From NCBI RefSeq assembly GCF_965213655.1, contig NZ_CBDBZT010000002.1:90624-154623 (forward strand): DNA of 64,000 bases, given 5' to 3'. The notes under the pieces were generated by a model. The model saw only the letters and a program-made list of their open reading frames with translations. It did not search any database and was not told the origin of the DNA. This stretch comes from Candidatus Palauibacter sp. Lineage in GTDB: Bacteria; Gemmatimonadota; Gemmatimonadetes; Palauibacterales; Palauibacteraceae. Shown here piece after piece: positions 55,219 to 64,000 of the stretch. How positions within the stretch are numbered: the stretch's first letter is position 1; each line of letters starts with the position of its first letter. The translations under genes and the position numbers were made by a program.

Positions 55219-56391
55219 TCAGAGATCGCCCCTGAAGGCGTGGGACTGCAGGGACGCGAAGAGGGAGTCGAGTTCCGCAAGGTGGGTACGCTGGCTGGCT
55301 CTCTGTTGTTCGATGGCGGCGACGACGGCAGCGAACCGGTGTTGAAGTTCGAGCGGCGGAAGATGGACTTGGAGTTCCTTCAAGCGTCCAAGGCTTATGC
55401 GGCCACGCGTCTGACCTCGCACCAGCCCTGTGGCTATCGACACCACGCGTGGATTGTTTAGGAGCCAACAGGCGTAGACCGCGTTCACCCTTGTCGTGTC
55501 AACCCTCATTCGGATGCAATCGGCTTTGTTGATTGCGCGTGCTAGGGTCAAAGGGACGATGAAAGCACGGAGATTAGGGTCACCCATAGTCCCTATAATC
55601 ACGTCGCCGGGCTGGCAGTGATTGCGCGGCAGGCTGGCGAAGTGCTCTTCGGAGATGAAGGCAAGGTCGTCATTCCGCATCTCGCCGACCCCAACGTTCT
55701 GGAGCCGAATTACCCTCACGCCGCCCTCAACATAGTGAGAAGTCTTCAGATTCGAGCCAAAGGGACCGTCCCTGAGTTCCGAGATCGAGGGCAATGAGGT
55801 CAGTGGCCACCCCTTCGGATTGGTGACCGGGTCGCCGAACATGTCGAGGAACGTGGATTCGAGCAGAATATCGAGCTGAGCGATGGCCTCGCGGCGCTTT
55901 GCCCGCAACGCGTCCGCCGCATCCAGAATCCCCGCAATCCGCTGCTGCTCATCGAGGGGAGGAAGGGGGATCTTTATCTTGAACACCTCGGCAGGTCTGG
56001 CCCTAAGGAGCGACCCGCCAACGCCCGAGACCGTCCGCATGAAAGCCGAGTGAAAAACATCTCCGACCAACAGCCACCGCAGGAAGTTTGGCCAAATGCG
56101 CTCATCCCGGAGAATGATCCATTCGCCCGATGCAATCTGACGATGTTGATTCGCTGGTCTAACGACACACGCCCGACGGATGTGCGGCACGATGCGCGAG
56201 ATCATCACGTCGTTCGGCTCGACAGCCTTCTTTGAAGAGCCGATTGAAGAGCCAGGAACTACTTCAGGAGCACCGGCATCGAAAGCGGGGATGCTATAGA
56301 GCTCGAACACTTCGTCCTGGTGCTTCTTGGGATCTACAGAGCCCCCTCTGCGAAGAGCAATGTCTCCCAGGGGGATCATGTTCCACTTCAT
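55219..56391 (-). CDS. hsdS: Type I R-M specificity subunit HsdS
   Basis: The start MKWNMIPLGDI overlaps the hsdM stop (ATGA). Conserved helices are IPLPPLDEQQRIAGILD and LPPLELQHRFAAVVAAIE. Confidence 0.9.
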   Translation of the reverse strand: MKWNMIPLGDIALRRGGSVDPKKHQDEVFELYSIPAFDAGAPEVVPGSSIGSSKKAVEPNDVMISRIVPHIRRACVVRPANQHRQIASGEWIILRDERIWPNFLRWLLVGDVFHSAFMRTVSGVGGSLLRARPAEVFKIKIPLPPLDEQQRIAGILDAADALRAKRREAIAQLDILLESTFLDMFGDPVTNPKGWPLTSLPSISELRDGPFGSNLKTSHYVEGGVRVIRLQNVGVGEMRNDDLAFISEEHFASLPRNHCQPGDVIIGTMGDPNLRAFIVPLTLARAINKADCIRMRVDTTRVNAVYACWLLNNPRVVSIATGLVRGQTRGRISLGRLKELQVHLPPLELQHRFAAVVAAIEQQRASQRTHLAELDSLFASLQSHAFRGDL

Positions 56392-57872
56392 CCGAGCATC
56401 CCCGTCAACTCTCTCCGCCCCTTCGCGATTTCTTCCTCCAGCACGGCCAGCCGGTCCAGAATCACCATCGGCGGATCGTATTCCACTGCCTCGTACTGGA
56501 TCTCCTTGTAACGGTTGATCGAAAGATCGTAGTCGTTGCCCGCAACTTCGGCTTTCGGCACAAGGAAACTCTGATCCGTCCGAGCCCGCTCGCGCTCCGC
56601 GTCGCGGTTCTGCCAGCGGGCGAGAATATCGCAAAGGTCGCTCTTCTCCGGCTGCGGCGTGCGCTTGTCATCCAGCGAGTAGCCGTCCGCTTGCATATCG
56701 TAGAACCAGACGTGATCCGTACCGCCGGAGTTGGTCTTGGTGAAGAGCAGGATGGCCGTCGAAACTCCGGAATAGGGCTTGAAGACACCGGAGGGCATTG
56801 AGATGACAGTGTCGAGCTTCTGCTCCTCGACCAAGATCGTACGCAGGGTCCGATGCGCCTTGGTCGATCCAAAGAGGACGCCGTCGGGCACGATGACCGC
56901 GGCGCGTCCACCTGGCTGGAGCAAGCGGAGAAAGAGCGCGAGGAACAGCAACTCGGTCTTCTTTGTCTTGGCGATCCGCTGCAGATCCTTGGCAGTGGAC
57001 TCGTAATCGAGGCTTCCGGCGAAGGGTGGATTGGCGAGGATGAGGGAGTACTTCTCCGCATCGTCGTCGTCGGCTTGCGCCAGCGAATCCCGGTAGCGAA
57101 TGTCTGGATTCTCCGCGCCGTGCAGCAACATGTTCATACTGCCGATGCGAAGCATGGTGTTGTCAAAATCGTAGCCGTGGAACGTGTCTTCGTTGAAACG
57201 GCGGCGGGCGGCGGTGTCCTTGTAGATGATCTCGCTATGGTGCTCGACCAGATACTCGGCAGCGGTGATAAGAAAGCCCGCCGTGCCGCAGGCCGGATCG
57301 CAGATGACATCCCCAGGCGTCGGCGAGACCATGTCCACCATCAGCTTGATGATGTGACGCGGGGTGCGGAACTGCCCGTTCTGCCCGGCGGTTGCAATCT
57401 TGCCGAGCATGTACTCGTAAAGGTCGCCCTTGGTGTCGCTGTCGGCCATGTCGATGCCGTCAAGTTGATCCACCACGTTTGCCAGCACGCGGGGCGTGGG
57501 CATCATGAAGAGGGCGTCCCTCATGTGGTGTGCGTACGTCGAGCCTCTTCGGGCATCGCCTTCCCCTCTCTGCCCCAGGGATTTCATGAAGGGGAACACC
57601 TCGTCTCGCATGGTCGCGAACATCTTCTCGGGAGCAGTCTCCCTGAAGCGAGACCAGCGAATGGCGTCCTGATCGGGAGAAAAGATTGGCTCCTCGATGG
57701 GCTTCCCGGTGCGTGCGGCCTTGTTCGCCTTCAGCGTGTGCAGCTCATCGAGCCGCTTGATGAAGAGGAGGTAGGTCAGCTGCTCGATGACTGAGAGTGG
57801 GTTCGAAATGCCCCCGGACCACATCGTGTTCCAGATGCTGTCTACTGTGGCCTTGAGTTCGCCTGTGATCAT
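56388..57872 (-). CDS. hsdM: Type I R-M N6-adenine DNA methyltransferase HsdM
   Basis: Start MITGELKATVDSIWNTMWSGGISNPLSVIEQLTYLLFIKRLD. SAM site DPACGTAGFL, catalytic LILANPPFAG. Confidence 0.92.
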   Translation of the reverse strand: MITGELKATVDSIWNTMWSGGISNPLSVIEQLTYLLFIKRLDELHTLKANKAARTGKPIEEPIFSPDQDAIRWSRFRETAPEKMFATMRDEVFPFMKSLGQRGEGDARRGSTYAHHMRDALFMMPTPRVLANVVDQLDGIDMADSDTKGDLYEYMLGKIATAGQNGQFRTPRHIIKLMVDMVSPTPGDVICDPACGTAGFLITAAEYLVEHHSEIIYKDTAARRRFNEDTFHGYDFDNTMLRIGSMNMLLHGAENPDIRYRDSLAQADDDDAEKYSLILANPPFAGSLDYESTAKDLQRIAKTKKTELLFLALFLRLLQPGGRAAVIVPDGVLFGSTKAHRTLRTILVEEQKLDTVISMPSGVFKPYSGVSTAILLFTKTNSGGTDHVWFYDMQADGYSLDDKRTPQPEKSDLCDILARWQNRDAERERARTDQSFLVPKAEVAGNDYDLSINRYKEIQYEAVEYDPPMVILDRLAVLEEEIAKGRRELTGMLG

Positions 57873-57990
57873 GGTCTTGAATGGCCTCGGCGGCGGGTCG
57901 GTCTGTGCGGGCTCCGGGTCAGCCCCGTCGCCCGAAGTAGGCGACCTGGGACCGTAGCGTACGCTTTCCGTAGGCATCGGTCGAGGGCGC

Positions 57991-58662
57991 TCATGGCGTG
58001 CGCTGTGTGCTGCCATCGGCGTTGAGGACGACTTGTCCCTCGCCTTCCCGAACGGGGGCGAAGGCCGCTGGGAGTTGTGTCACTCCGGAGATCGTGCGGA
58101 CGACGGCGAAGCCTGCGATCTGCGCGGATGGGAACGCTTCCTCCATTCGGAGAACGCACGCGTGGAGGGTGGCGCCGCTGGTTATCACGTCGTCCACGAC
58201 CGTGATCCGGCCGACGGAGTCGAACCCGAGGAGAGGCGGTACGGAGAGGCTGATCGTTGCGTGGTGGCGTTCCTGCGTCGGCCGGTCTCCACGGGACCAT
58301 GCGGACTTCGGCACCTTTTCCATCCGGTGAAGCCATTCCTTTCGTCTTCCAAGCCCCTCCGCTTCCATGGACCGCACGAGTTCGACGGTCGTTGACCGCG
58401 GTTTGCCTCCCCTTGCCCGAGGGGCATGACCGGGTGCCGGAACGAGCGCGACATCGGAGCCGAAATAGGTGGGGAACAGATCTCGACCGTGATCGGACGC
58501 CATCCACGCAGCAATGTTCTTGATTCTCACGGGATCGGAGAACTTTAGGTCCATGACGAGCTCCCAACCTTGTCGGGTCATGGCTGTGTCACCGGAGCGA
58601 GGCCGACCGGGACGGTACGCGGCCACGGACCCGAACGGAACACCTTCAGAACGGTAGGTCAT
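57991..58662 (-). CDS. ComF-like phosphoribosyltransferase-domain protein (start uncertain: 58662, 58581 or 58554)
   Basis: PRTase motif GRITVVDDVITSGATL, with an upstream VALVPAPGH block as in ComF-family proteins. Overlaps the DprA-like gene by 17 nt if the ATG at 58662 is used. Confidence 0.75.
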   Translation of the reverse strand: MTYRSEGVPFGSVAAYRPGRPRSGDTAMTRQGWELVMDLKFSDPVRIKNIAAWMASDHGRDLFPTYFGSDVALVPAPGHAPRARGGKPRSTTVELVRSMEAEGLGRRKEWLHRMEKVPKSAWSRGDRPTQERHHATISLSVPPLLGFDSVGRITVVDDVITSGATLHACVLRMEEAFPSAQIAGFAVVRTISGVTQLPAAFAPVREGEGQVVLNADGSTQRTP

Positions 58663-59362
58663 CCGCACGCGCCGCCGACCCGACGCATCGGGAGGGGAGA
58701 TCGTCGAGGACCAGCGGAAGCGTCCTTGCATCGAAGCCGAAGGCCCCATAGCGAATCATCTCGTTGGCCCAGTCCGGCGACTGCCTCTCGAGTGACCGTG
58801 TGGGAAAGAGCACGGGCCGCCCAAGCCTGATCGCCTCCCAGCCCTGGTGCCTCGTCCCGCTGTTGGTGGCCGCCTCGACGATCAGCGTGGCATCCGACAG
58901 AAGAGCCATGGTCTTGTTGCGCAAGGGGAAGTTCGACCGGTGCGGAGTCTGACCGCTGGGAAACTGCGACACCAGCAGATGCCGCTCTCCGATCGCGTCC
59001 TGGAGGCCCCGGTTTCGCGGTACCGCGTACCGATCCAGCGATGTGCCCAGTACGCCCACCGTCCTGCCGCCATTGGTCATCGCCGTCTCATGGGCCACGG
59101 TGTCGATCCCCAACGCGAGCCCGCTCACCACGGTTACACCGCGCGACACCAGCATCTCGGTGATCCGTCGGGCCAATTCCAAGCCCTCGGACGACGCGCG
59201 CCGGGATCCCACCACGGCGATTCGAGGGCCGCCCTCCAGCAGCGACGCATCGCCCCGCAGGAACAGCTGGCGCGGGGCGGCCTTCAGCTCGAACTCGTTG
59301 AGAGGTCCTAGGACATCGTCGGGCACCACAGTCTTTGGCTGCTTCACTGTCGCCGCTCCCAT
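58646..59362 (-). CDS. DprA/Smf-like (SLOG superfamily Rossmann) protein, short form
   Basis: 238 aa: IAVVGSRRASSEGLELARRITEMLVSRGVTVVSGLALGIDTVAHETAM..GGRTVGVLGTSLD...FPLRNKTMALLSDATLIVEA. It lacks the N-terminal SAM and C-terminal wHTH domains of competence DprA. Confidence 0.8.
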   Translation of the reverse strand: MGAATVKQPKTVVPDDVLGPLNEFELKAAPRQLFLRGDASLLEGGPRIAVVGSRRASSEGLELARRITEMLVSRGVTVVSGLALGIDTVAHETAMTNGGRTVGVLGTSLDRYAVPRNRGLQDAIGERHLLVSQFPSGQTPHRSNFPLRNKTMALLSDATLIVEAATNSGTRHQGWEAIRLGRPVLFPTRSLERQSPDWANEMIRYGAFGFDARTLPLVLDDLPSRCVGSAARADDLPF

Positions 59363-59506
59363 TTCAAGCTCCGCCCGCTGATGAATCGGCTCGGCGGGCG
59401 TCCACGAGCTGGATCTTCATGGCTACGTTCTCCGCGTCAGGAATCGATGATGCAATATAGCGTCCTCCCGCTCGCGCCGAATCCTACGAGGGACGCCCGC
59501 CAGCCC

Positions 59507-60232
59507 CTACAACCGTTTCGACATCCAGACCGCCCGTCCGACGACGCGGACCTCCTCGGCCGGCCGCTCGTAGCTGTCGTACTCGGGATTGATTGACTTG
59601 AGCACTACGCGGAGCGGCTCGGAGTGCGCCACGTGCGCGATCCGCTTGGCGACGAGCGCGATGCCGTCCCAGATCACGAAGATCCCCGGCGGCGCGGGCA
59701 CCGTCCGGCTCACGTCGATCATGATGTGGTCGCCGCTTGAGAGCAGCGGTTCCATCGAGTCCCCGTCCACCTCGACCATCCACAGGTCGCCGGGATCGGC
59801 CCGGAGCCGGTGGCGGATGAACGCATCGGCGAACATCCACGCATCTCCGGTCACCCGCAGCTCGCCGCGCCAGGCTTCCTCCGCGTCCGGCTCCTCTCTG
59901 AGATCCGCCTCCGGCACGGCGCTGTAGCCGATCGGCGCAGCGTAGGCGTCGTTGGGCGGCGAAGGCCGCGTGGCGTTCGCCGAGAGCCGGAAACTCCGGC
60001 CGTGCTTGAGGAGCTCGGGTCGGCAGCCCAAGTGCTCGGCCAGGATCTCGCGGTCGTCCTCGGCGAGAACCTTCGGCGTGCCCCTGTGGATGAACTGCTG
60101 CAGGTAGGCGTCGTTGCGGCCCATGGCGACCGAGGCGGTGCGCAGGTTCGAGCCCTTCGCCGCCAGCAGCCTGAGCAGCCGCTTGCGCACCGGATCGAGC
60201 CGCGCGGTGGGTCCTTTTTTCTTGCGTCCCAT
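59507..60232 (-). CDS. Phage CI/LexA-type repressor (HTH + S24 peptidase)
   Basis: Start MGRKKKGPT (ATG 60232). S24 motif is VEVDGDSMEPLLSSGDHIMID...ALVAKRI. Confidence 0.82.
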   Translation of the reverse strand: MGRKKKGPTARLDPVRKRLLRLLAAKGSNLRTASVAMGRNDAYLQQFIHRGTPKVLAEDDREILAEHLGCRPELLKHGRSFRLSANATRPSPPNDAYAAPIGYSAVPEADLREEPDAEEAWRGELRVTGDAWMFADAFIRHRLRADPGDLWMVEVDGDSMEPLLSSGDHIMIDVSRTVPAPPGIFVIWDGIALVAKRIAHVAHSEPLRVVLKSINPEYDSYERPAEEVRVVGRAVWMSKRL

Positions 60233-60501
60233 GGGGCTGAAATAATCCCGCTTCCGGCCGGTTTCGCAAGCCGGGCGGGACACCGATGGAACCCGGCTGC
60301 GCTGGGTAAGGCGGTGGAACGCGTCCATGGCGCACCGTCTTCACTTGACCGGTCCCTCAAGACAGGTCCGCGCCACGCCAACCGGATGATCGGACCCGGC
60401 CTCCCGGCTTGGTCCCCACCTACCGCCGCCGCGACCTCCCGCGAGCACCCAACGGGGGTGTTTCCACCCCACTGGCGCCGCGATCCACCGGGCTCACCCC
60501 C

Positions 60502-60530
60502 TTACGAGACGTCCATAGACGTTACGAGAC
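60502..60530. promoter_or_regulatory. Repeated motif TTACGAGAC (x2) flanking the palindrome ACGTC-CATA-GACGT in the divergent repressor/alpA intergenic region; candidate operator
   Basis: Read directly from the sequence. It is followed by an AT-richer patch upstream of the 60613 start. Confidence 0.4.
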
Positions 60531-60612
60531 AATTAGGGATTTCCCTACGGTTGTCTTCCTAGAGAGCAATTCTTCACCGTTTTGGCCATGAAGACGCGGG
60601 AGCAGTTCGGCC

Positions 60613-61158
60613 ATGGAGACTCTGGAGCGGTACTTCAACTCCCGGGTGAGCGGATTCCTCGAGGAAACCGGAATGGGAGCGACGACCCTCGGCTTGAAGG
60701 CGGTGGGCGACCCGAACCTGATGCGCGAGATCGCGCAGGGGCGCTCGCCGTCGCTCAGGATCGCGGACCAGGTGCTGGCGTTCATCAACCGTCACGAAAG
60801 GGATTCGGGCGGCGCCCGGGCTCCGCCCCGCCGCCGCAGGCGCCGAGCGCTCTCGTCGCGGACGAGGAGAACGAAGCGGAGCGGAGTGAGGAGCGAGCAA
60901 TCGATGGAATCGGGAACGAGAGCGCCGATCCGTTTCCTGCGGCTTCCGGAGGTGGAGGCCCGGACGGGTCTGGCGCGGCCGACGATCTACGCCCGGATGG
61001 CCGCGGGGACCTTCCCGCAACCGGTCTCTCTGGGTGGACGCGCGGTGGGCTGGATCGAGGCCGAGGTCGAGGAGTGGATGCGCGAGCGAATCGCGAACAC
61101 ACGGGGCGTCGCGCGAGGCGGCGCCCGACCGAACCCCAAGAGGGAGAGAACGGAATGA
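60613..61158 (+). CDS. Regulatory protein with a C-terminal AlpA/excisionase-type HTH (HTH_17)
   Basis: IRFLRLPEVEARTGLARPTIYARMAAGTFPQPVSLGGRAVGWIEAEVEEWM. The N-terminal half may be a separate HTH domain. Confidence 0.7.
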   Translation: METLERYFNSRVSGFLEETGMGATTLGLKAVGDPNLMREIAQGRSPSLRIADQVLAFINRHERDSGGARAPPRRRRRRALSSRTRRTKRSGVRSEQSMESGTRAPIRFLRLPEVEARTGLARPTIYARMAAGTFPQPVSLGGRAVGWIEAEVEEWMRERIANTRGVARGGARPNPKRERTE

Positions 61159-61442
61159 AGAAGCTGATGAGAACGACGCGGGCGGCCGTGTGGGCCGCGC
61201 TGCTAATGCTGGCGCCCGGCGCGCTGCTGGCGCAGGGCACGAGCCCGTGGGTGGATGCGGTGGCCGAGCTCGAGACGCAGTTCACGGGGCCGATCGCGCG
61301 TGGGCTGTCGCTGATCGCGATCGTGGTAGGCGGGCTGATGTTCGCGTTCGGCGAGGGCGGCAGCAAGCGCACGCTGGCCGGGATCATCTTCGGGATCGGG
61401 ATGGCCGTGGGCGCGGTGAACTTCCTGGCCTGGCTCTTCTGA
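61155..61442 (+). CDS. virB2: TrbC/VirB2-family T4SS pilin
   Basis: ATGA overlap with the previous gene. Contains a signal peptide and two TM segments (MKKLMRTTRAAVWAALLMLAPGALLAQG...LSLIAIVVGGLMFAFGE...IIFGIGMAVGAVNFLAWLF). Confidence 0.8.
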   Translation: MKKLMRTTRAAVWAALLMLAPGALLAQGTSPWVDAVAELETQFTGPIARGLSLIAIVVGGLMFAFGEGGSKRTLAGIIFGIGMAVGAVNFLAWLF

Positions 61443-61747
61443 TGCGGGGCCTCAGGCGCTGGCCGGGCTACGCGGCGCTGAACCGTCCGCTGACGGTGCT
61501 GGGCGTCGAGCGGCGGCTGTTCCTGCTGGGCGCGACGCTCTCCGTCGCGGTGTGGAACGCGACGGCCTCCCTCGTGGCGGGCGGCTTGGTGTTCGCGGTC
61601 TGTTACGGCGCGGGCTGGCTGGCGGGCCGAAGGGATCCGGCGATGCTGGCGGTGCTCCGGGCCGCGGCGCGTTATCCGGCCCGGTACGATCCGGGCAAGT
61701 GGGCGGACGAGCCGTGGCACCTCGTGGTCCGCGGGGGTTCCCGGTGA
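61442..61747 (+). CDS. virB3: VirB3/TrbD-like T4SS protein
   Basis: 101 aa: LNRPLTVLGVERRLFLLGATLSVAVWN..., with a start overlapping the virB2 stop. Confidence 0.7.
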   Translation: MRGLRRWPGYAALNRPLTVLGVERRLFLLGATLSVAVWNATASLVAGGLVFAVCYGAGWLAGRRDPAMLAVLRAAARYPARYDPGKWADEPWHLVVRGGSR

Positions 61748-64000
61748 GGGTCGCCGACGAACTCCGGGCCTACGAAGCGGCGGGTTCGCTGGCCGAGGAG
61801 CTGCCCTACTGGGGTTGGCTCGACGATGGCCAAAGCTGCCTGACCCGTGCGGGCGAACTGGTGGCGGCGGGCCGGATCCGGCCCGCCGTGACCGATGGGA
61901 GGACGCCCGAACAGATCGACCGCGTGCTGGGACTCTGGCAGAGGTTGCTCTCGGGTCTCGGTCCCGGCACGCGGATTCAATTCCACCTGCTCCGGCGCCC
62001 GGCGCCCGTGATGGGCGCGGATGTGGAAGGCGGTTCCGACGTTGCGTCCGTCTCGGGGCGCAAGAGGCGTGCCTTCTTGGCCGAACGCGTGCAGTGCCTC
62101 GACGCATACGTCGTCTGGTCTCAGGATCCCGGCCTACGCTCCGTCGCCGAGGGTTCGCGGCGGGGACCGCTGTCGCGGCTCAAGCGACTTCGGAAGCGCG
62201 GCACCAAGACGGGAACGACCTACCTCGCTTCGGAGATCGAGGCGGCTGCGGACCGGTTCCGGTCGATGATCGACGCGGGCCGCTCGCTCGTGGCCGAGCA
62301 CACGCCGGTCGAGATGCTCGGAGCGCACGAGGCGTCCGGCCTCCTTTCCGAGTTGACGAACAAGCCCGGCACGTTCTGGGACGGTGCGACGGGCAGCGGC
62401 ATGAACTGGCGGCTCGCGATCTCTGAGCTTGAGGCCGAGCGCTCCCACCTGAAACTCGACGGCGAGCCGGTGATCCTGTACTCGCTCCTCTCACCGCCGG
62501 GGCAGGCGCACGCGAACCTACTGAAGGACCTCTACTGCATCGACGCGACCCTAACGGTCTCGCTCGAATGGCGGCCGTGGACGGTCGAAGCGGCGCGGAG
62601 GCGGATCCGAAGCGCGCAACGCCACTACTTCGCGCGGCGCTACTCGATGATGGCGCATGCGCAGGACGCGCAGGGCACGGCGGCGGCGATGGTCGATTCG
62701 GCGGCGGCCGCCGAGTCGGACCGGCTGGGCAACGCGCTGGTCGAACTCGAAGCCGATGGGGTGGCCTACGGCGAGGCGTCGCTCACCGTCGCGCTCCATG
62801 GCGAGCTCGAAGAGATCGAGCGGCTGGACGGCGACGTGCGCCGTCTGTTCGCCGCGCACGACGCCAAGGTCATCCGGGAGGGCCACGGCCAGCTTCCCGC
62901 GTGGTTCGCCCGGCTCCCGGCCCAGCCGCGCAAGCGGCAGGTGCGCAAGATGTTCGTGTCGGCGGGCGTCGCGGCGTGCCTTGCGCCCGTGTTCGGACCG
63001 CCCAAGGGGAACCGAACGAGCCGCCATCTGGACCGCGAGCCGCTGGCGGTGTTCGAGACGCCGTGGCGCACCGCGTATCGCTACGACCTGTTCGCGGGTG
63101 ACGTGGGCCACACGCTGATCCTGGGCGCGACGGGTGCGGGCAAGAGTTTCGCGCTGAACTTCCTGCTCGTCGAGGCGCTCAAGTACGACCCCCGCATCCT
63201 GATCCTGGACCTGGGCGGCTCCTACCGCTGGCTGACCCGGTTCCTCGGTGGCCGGTATCTCGAACTCGCGCCCGGCGAGGCGGAACCGACGCTCCGGCTA
63301 CAGCCCTTCGCTCTGCCCGCTAGCACAAGGACGTTCCAGTTCCTGACCGGCTGGGTGCTCCGGCTCCTGAAGCTCGGAGGCTACGAGGCCGACGGGTCGG
63401 ACACGAGCGAGATCCGCGCGCGGATCGAGGACCTCTACGCGCTGGGTCCTGAGCGCCGGACGCTGAGCGTGCTGGCCGGTTCGCTGCCGGTCGCAATGTG
63501 GCCCGCGCTGAGCCGCTGGACGGAGGGCGGTGCCTGGGGTGCGTTCCTCGACAACGCGCCCGACGGAGGAACGGACCTTGAGTTCCGCGACTGGCAGGTG
63601 ATCGACCTGGCGGGCGCGGCGGAGCACGCGGACCTGTGCGAGGCGGCGCTTTCGTACCTCCTGGAACGCATGCGCCTGGAGATCGAGAACCCGGCCGAGA
63701 CCGCGCGTCTCAAGCTGATGGTGGTGGACGAGGCGTGGCGGTACATGCAGGACCCCGCCGTGCTGAACTACCTGGCCGAGGCAGCGAAAACGTGGCGCAA
63801 GAAGAACGCCGCGCTCGTGCTTGCCACCCAGTCCGCCGTGGACGTGACCGGGACGCCGGGCGCGTCGGCGCTCCTCGAATCGATCCCGACCAAGCTCTTC
63901 CTCGCCAACCCCGAGTTGCCGAACGAGGCCGGGGCGCTCTTCCGGCTGAACGAGTCGGAGGTGGCCCAGGTCCGGGAGCTTACGCCCAAGCGGGAACTCT
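61744..64000 (+). CDS. virB4: VirB4/TrbE-family T4SS ATPase (3' end beyond the window)
   Basis: GTG at 61744 overlaps the virB3 stop. The frame is open to the window end, so it is not in the ORF track. My translation includes LPYWGWLDDG, Walker A LILGATGAGKSF (~63118-63153) and Walker B KLMVVDEAWRY (~63712-63744). Confidence 0.85.
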   Translation, partial: MRVADELRAYEAAGSLAEELPYWGWLDDGQSCLTRAGELVAAGRIRPAVTDGRTPEQIDRVLGLWQRLLSGLGPGTRIQFHLLRRPAPVMGADVEGGSDVASVSGRKRRAFLAERVQCLDAYVVWSQDPGLRSVAEGSRRGPLSRLKRLRKRGTKTGTTYLASEIEAAADRFRSMIDAGRSLVAEHTPVEMLGAHEASGLLSELTNKPGTFWDGATGSGMNWRLAISELEAERSHLKLDGEPVILYSLLSPPGQAHANLLKDLYCIDATLTVSLEWRPWTVEAARRRIRSAQRHYFARRYSMMAHAQDAQGTAAAMVDSAAAAESDRLGNALVELEADGVAYGEASLTVALHGELEEIERLDGDVRRLFAAHDAKVIREGHGQLPAWFARLPAQPRKRQVRKMFVSAGVAACLAPVFGPPKGNRTSRHLDREPLAVFETPWRTAYRYDLFAGDVGHTLILGATGAGKSFALNFLLVEALKYDPRILILDLGGSYRWLTRFLGGRYLELAPGEAEPTLRLQPFALPASTRTFQFLTGWVLRLLKLGGYEADGSDTSEIRARIEDLYALGPERRTLSVLAGSLPVAMWPALSRWTEGGAWGAFLDNAPDGGTDLEFRDWQVIDLAGAAEHADLCEAALSYLLERMRLEIENPAETARLKLMVVDEAWRYMQDPAVLNYLAEAAKTWRKKNAALVLATQSAVDVTGTPGASALLESIPTKLFLANPELPNEAGALFRLNESEVAQVRELTPKREL

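Larger units (their letters stand above)
59507..64000. mobile_element. Start of an integrative conjugative element or conjugative module (regulators + VirB2/B3/B4), continuing beyond the window
   Basis: Gene content only. The left boundary is not defined. Confidence 0.45.

Noticed and set aside
60582-61154. Long N-terminal extension of the VirB2 ORF (60582-61442, 286 aa)
   Set aside because: The extension overlaps the better-supported alpA-like gene in another frame and is G/R/P-rich. The pilin starts at the ATG at 61155, with a signal peptide.

Overview
High-GC bacterial chromosomal window. The gene content of its ordinary part is reminiscent of Gemmatimonadota-like bacteria, but I cannot verify that without a search. 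Most of the window is a decayed defence and mobility island full of insertion sequences, built around tRNA-Ile(GAT).

Layout, left to right:
- A type I R-M remnant operon: DUF433, hsdS, a frameshifted DUF262/DUF1524 GmrSD-like gene, a small ORF, and a PIN domain fused in frame to a 5'-truncated hsdM.
- A tyrosine integrase, MobA/VirD2 relaxase and MobC mobilisable module with oriT-like repeats, then a DUF45 pseudogene.
- IS3-family copy 1.
- About 20 kb of ordinary genes: TolB-propeller amidohydrolase, a giant BIg/LRR/M60 lipoprotein, alpha carbonic anhydrase, GGT, HicAB, benzoate-CoA-ligase-like enzyme, two OMP beta-barrels, a methyltransferase and a truncated GPP34-P450.
- IS3 copy 2, then methyltransferase gene fragments.
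- A second IS3-family element whose orfB carries two nested IS256 copies.
- An orphan UG/Abi-type reverse transcriptase, 3'-truncated by that IS.
- An array of tRNA-derived structured repeats, with one intact tRNA-Ile and one tRNA-Ile whose T-loop is replaced by a 76-nt structured insert.
- An integrase remnant, a membrane protein, and DUF3883 and DUF1016 nuclease-fold genes.
- SIR2-HerA, with herA broken by IS3 copy 3 and an IS21 element, followed by an HKD/PLD fragment.
- A second type I R-M system: frameshifted hsdR, hsdS and hsdM.
- A DprA-like plus ComF-like PRTase pair.
- A CI/LexA-type repressor, an AlpA-like regulator, and the start of a VirB2/B3/B4 type IV secretion module running off the window.

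Most interesting signals:
- The RT with its structured same-strand leader and the covarying tRNA-like repeats.
- The interrupted tRNA-Ile.
- A C10 tract separating a lipoprotein signal peptide from a 1,500-aa surface protein.
- The hsdM-PIN fusion.
- The DprA-like/PRTase pair.
- An IS3-family element whose orfB lies in the +1 frame behind an A7 tract.

Many long ORFs in the supplied track are antisense shadow ORFs typical of high-GC DNA, and I did not call them.
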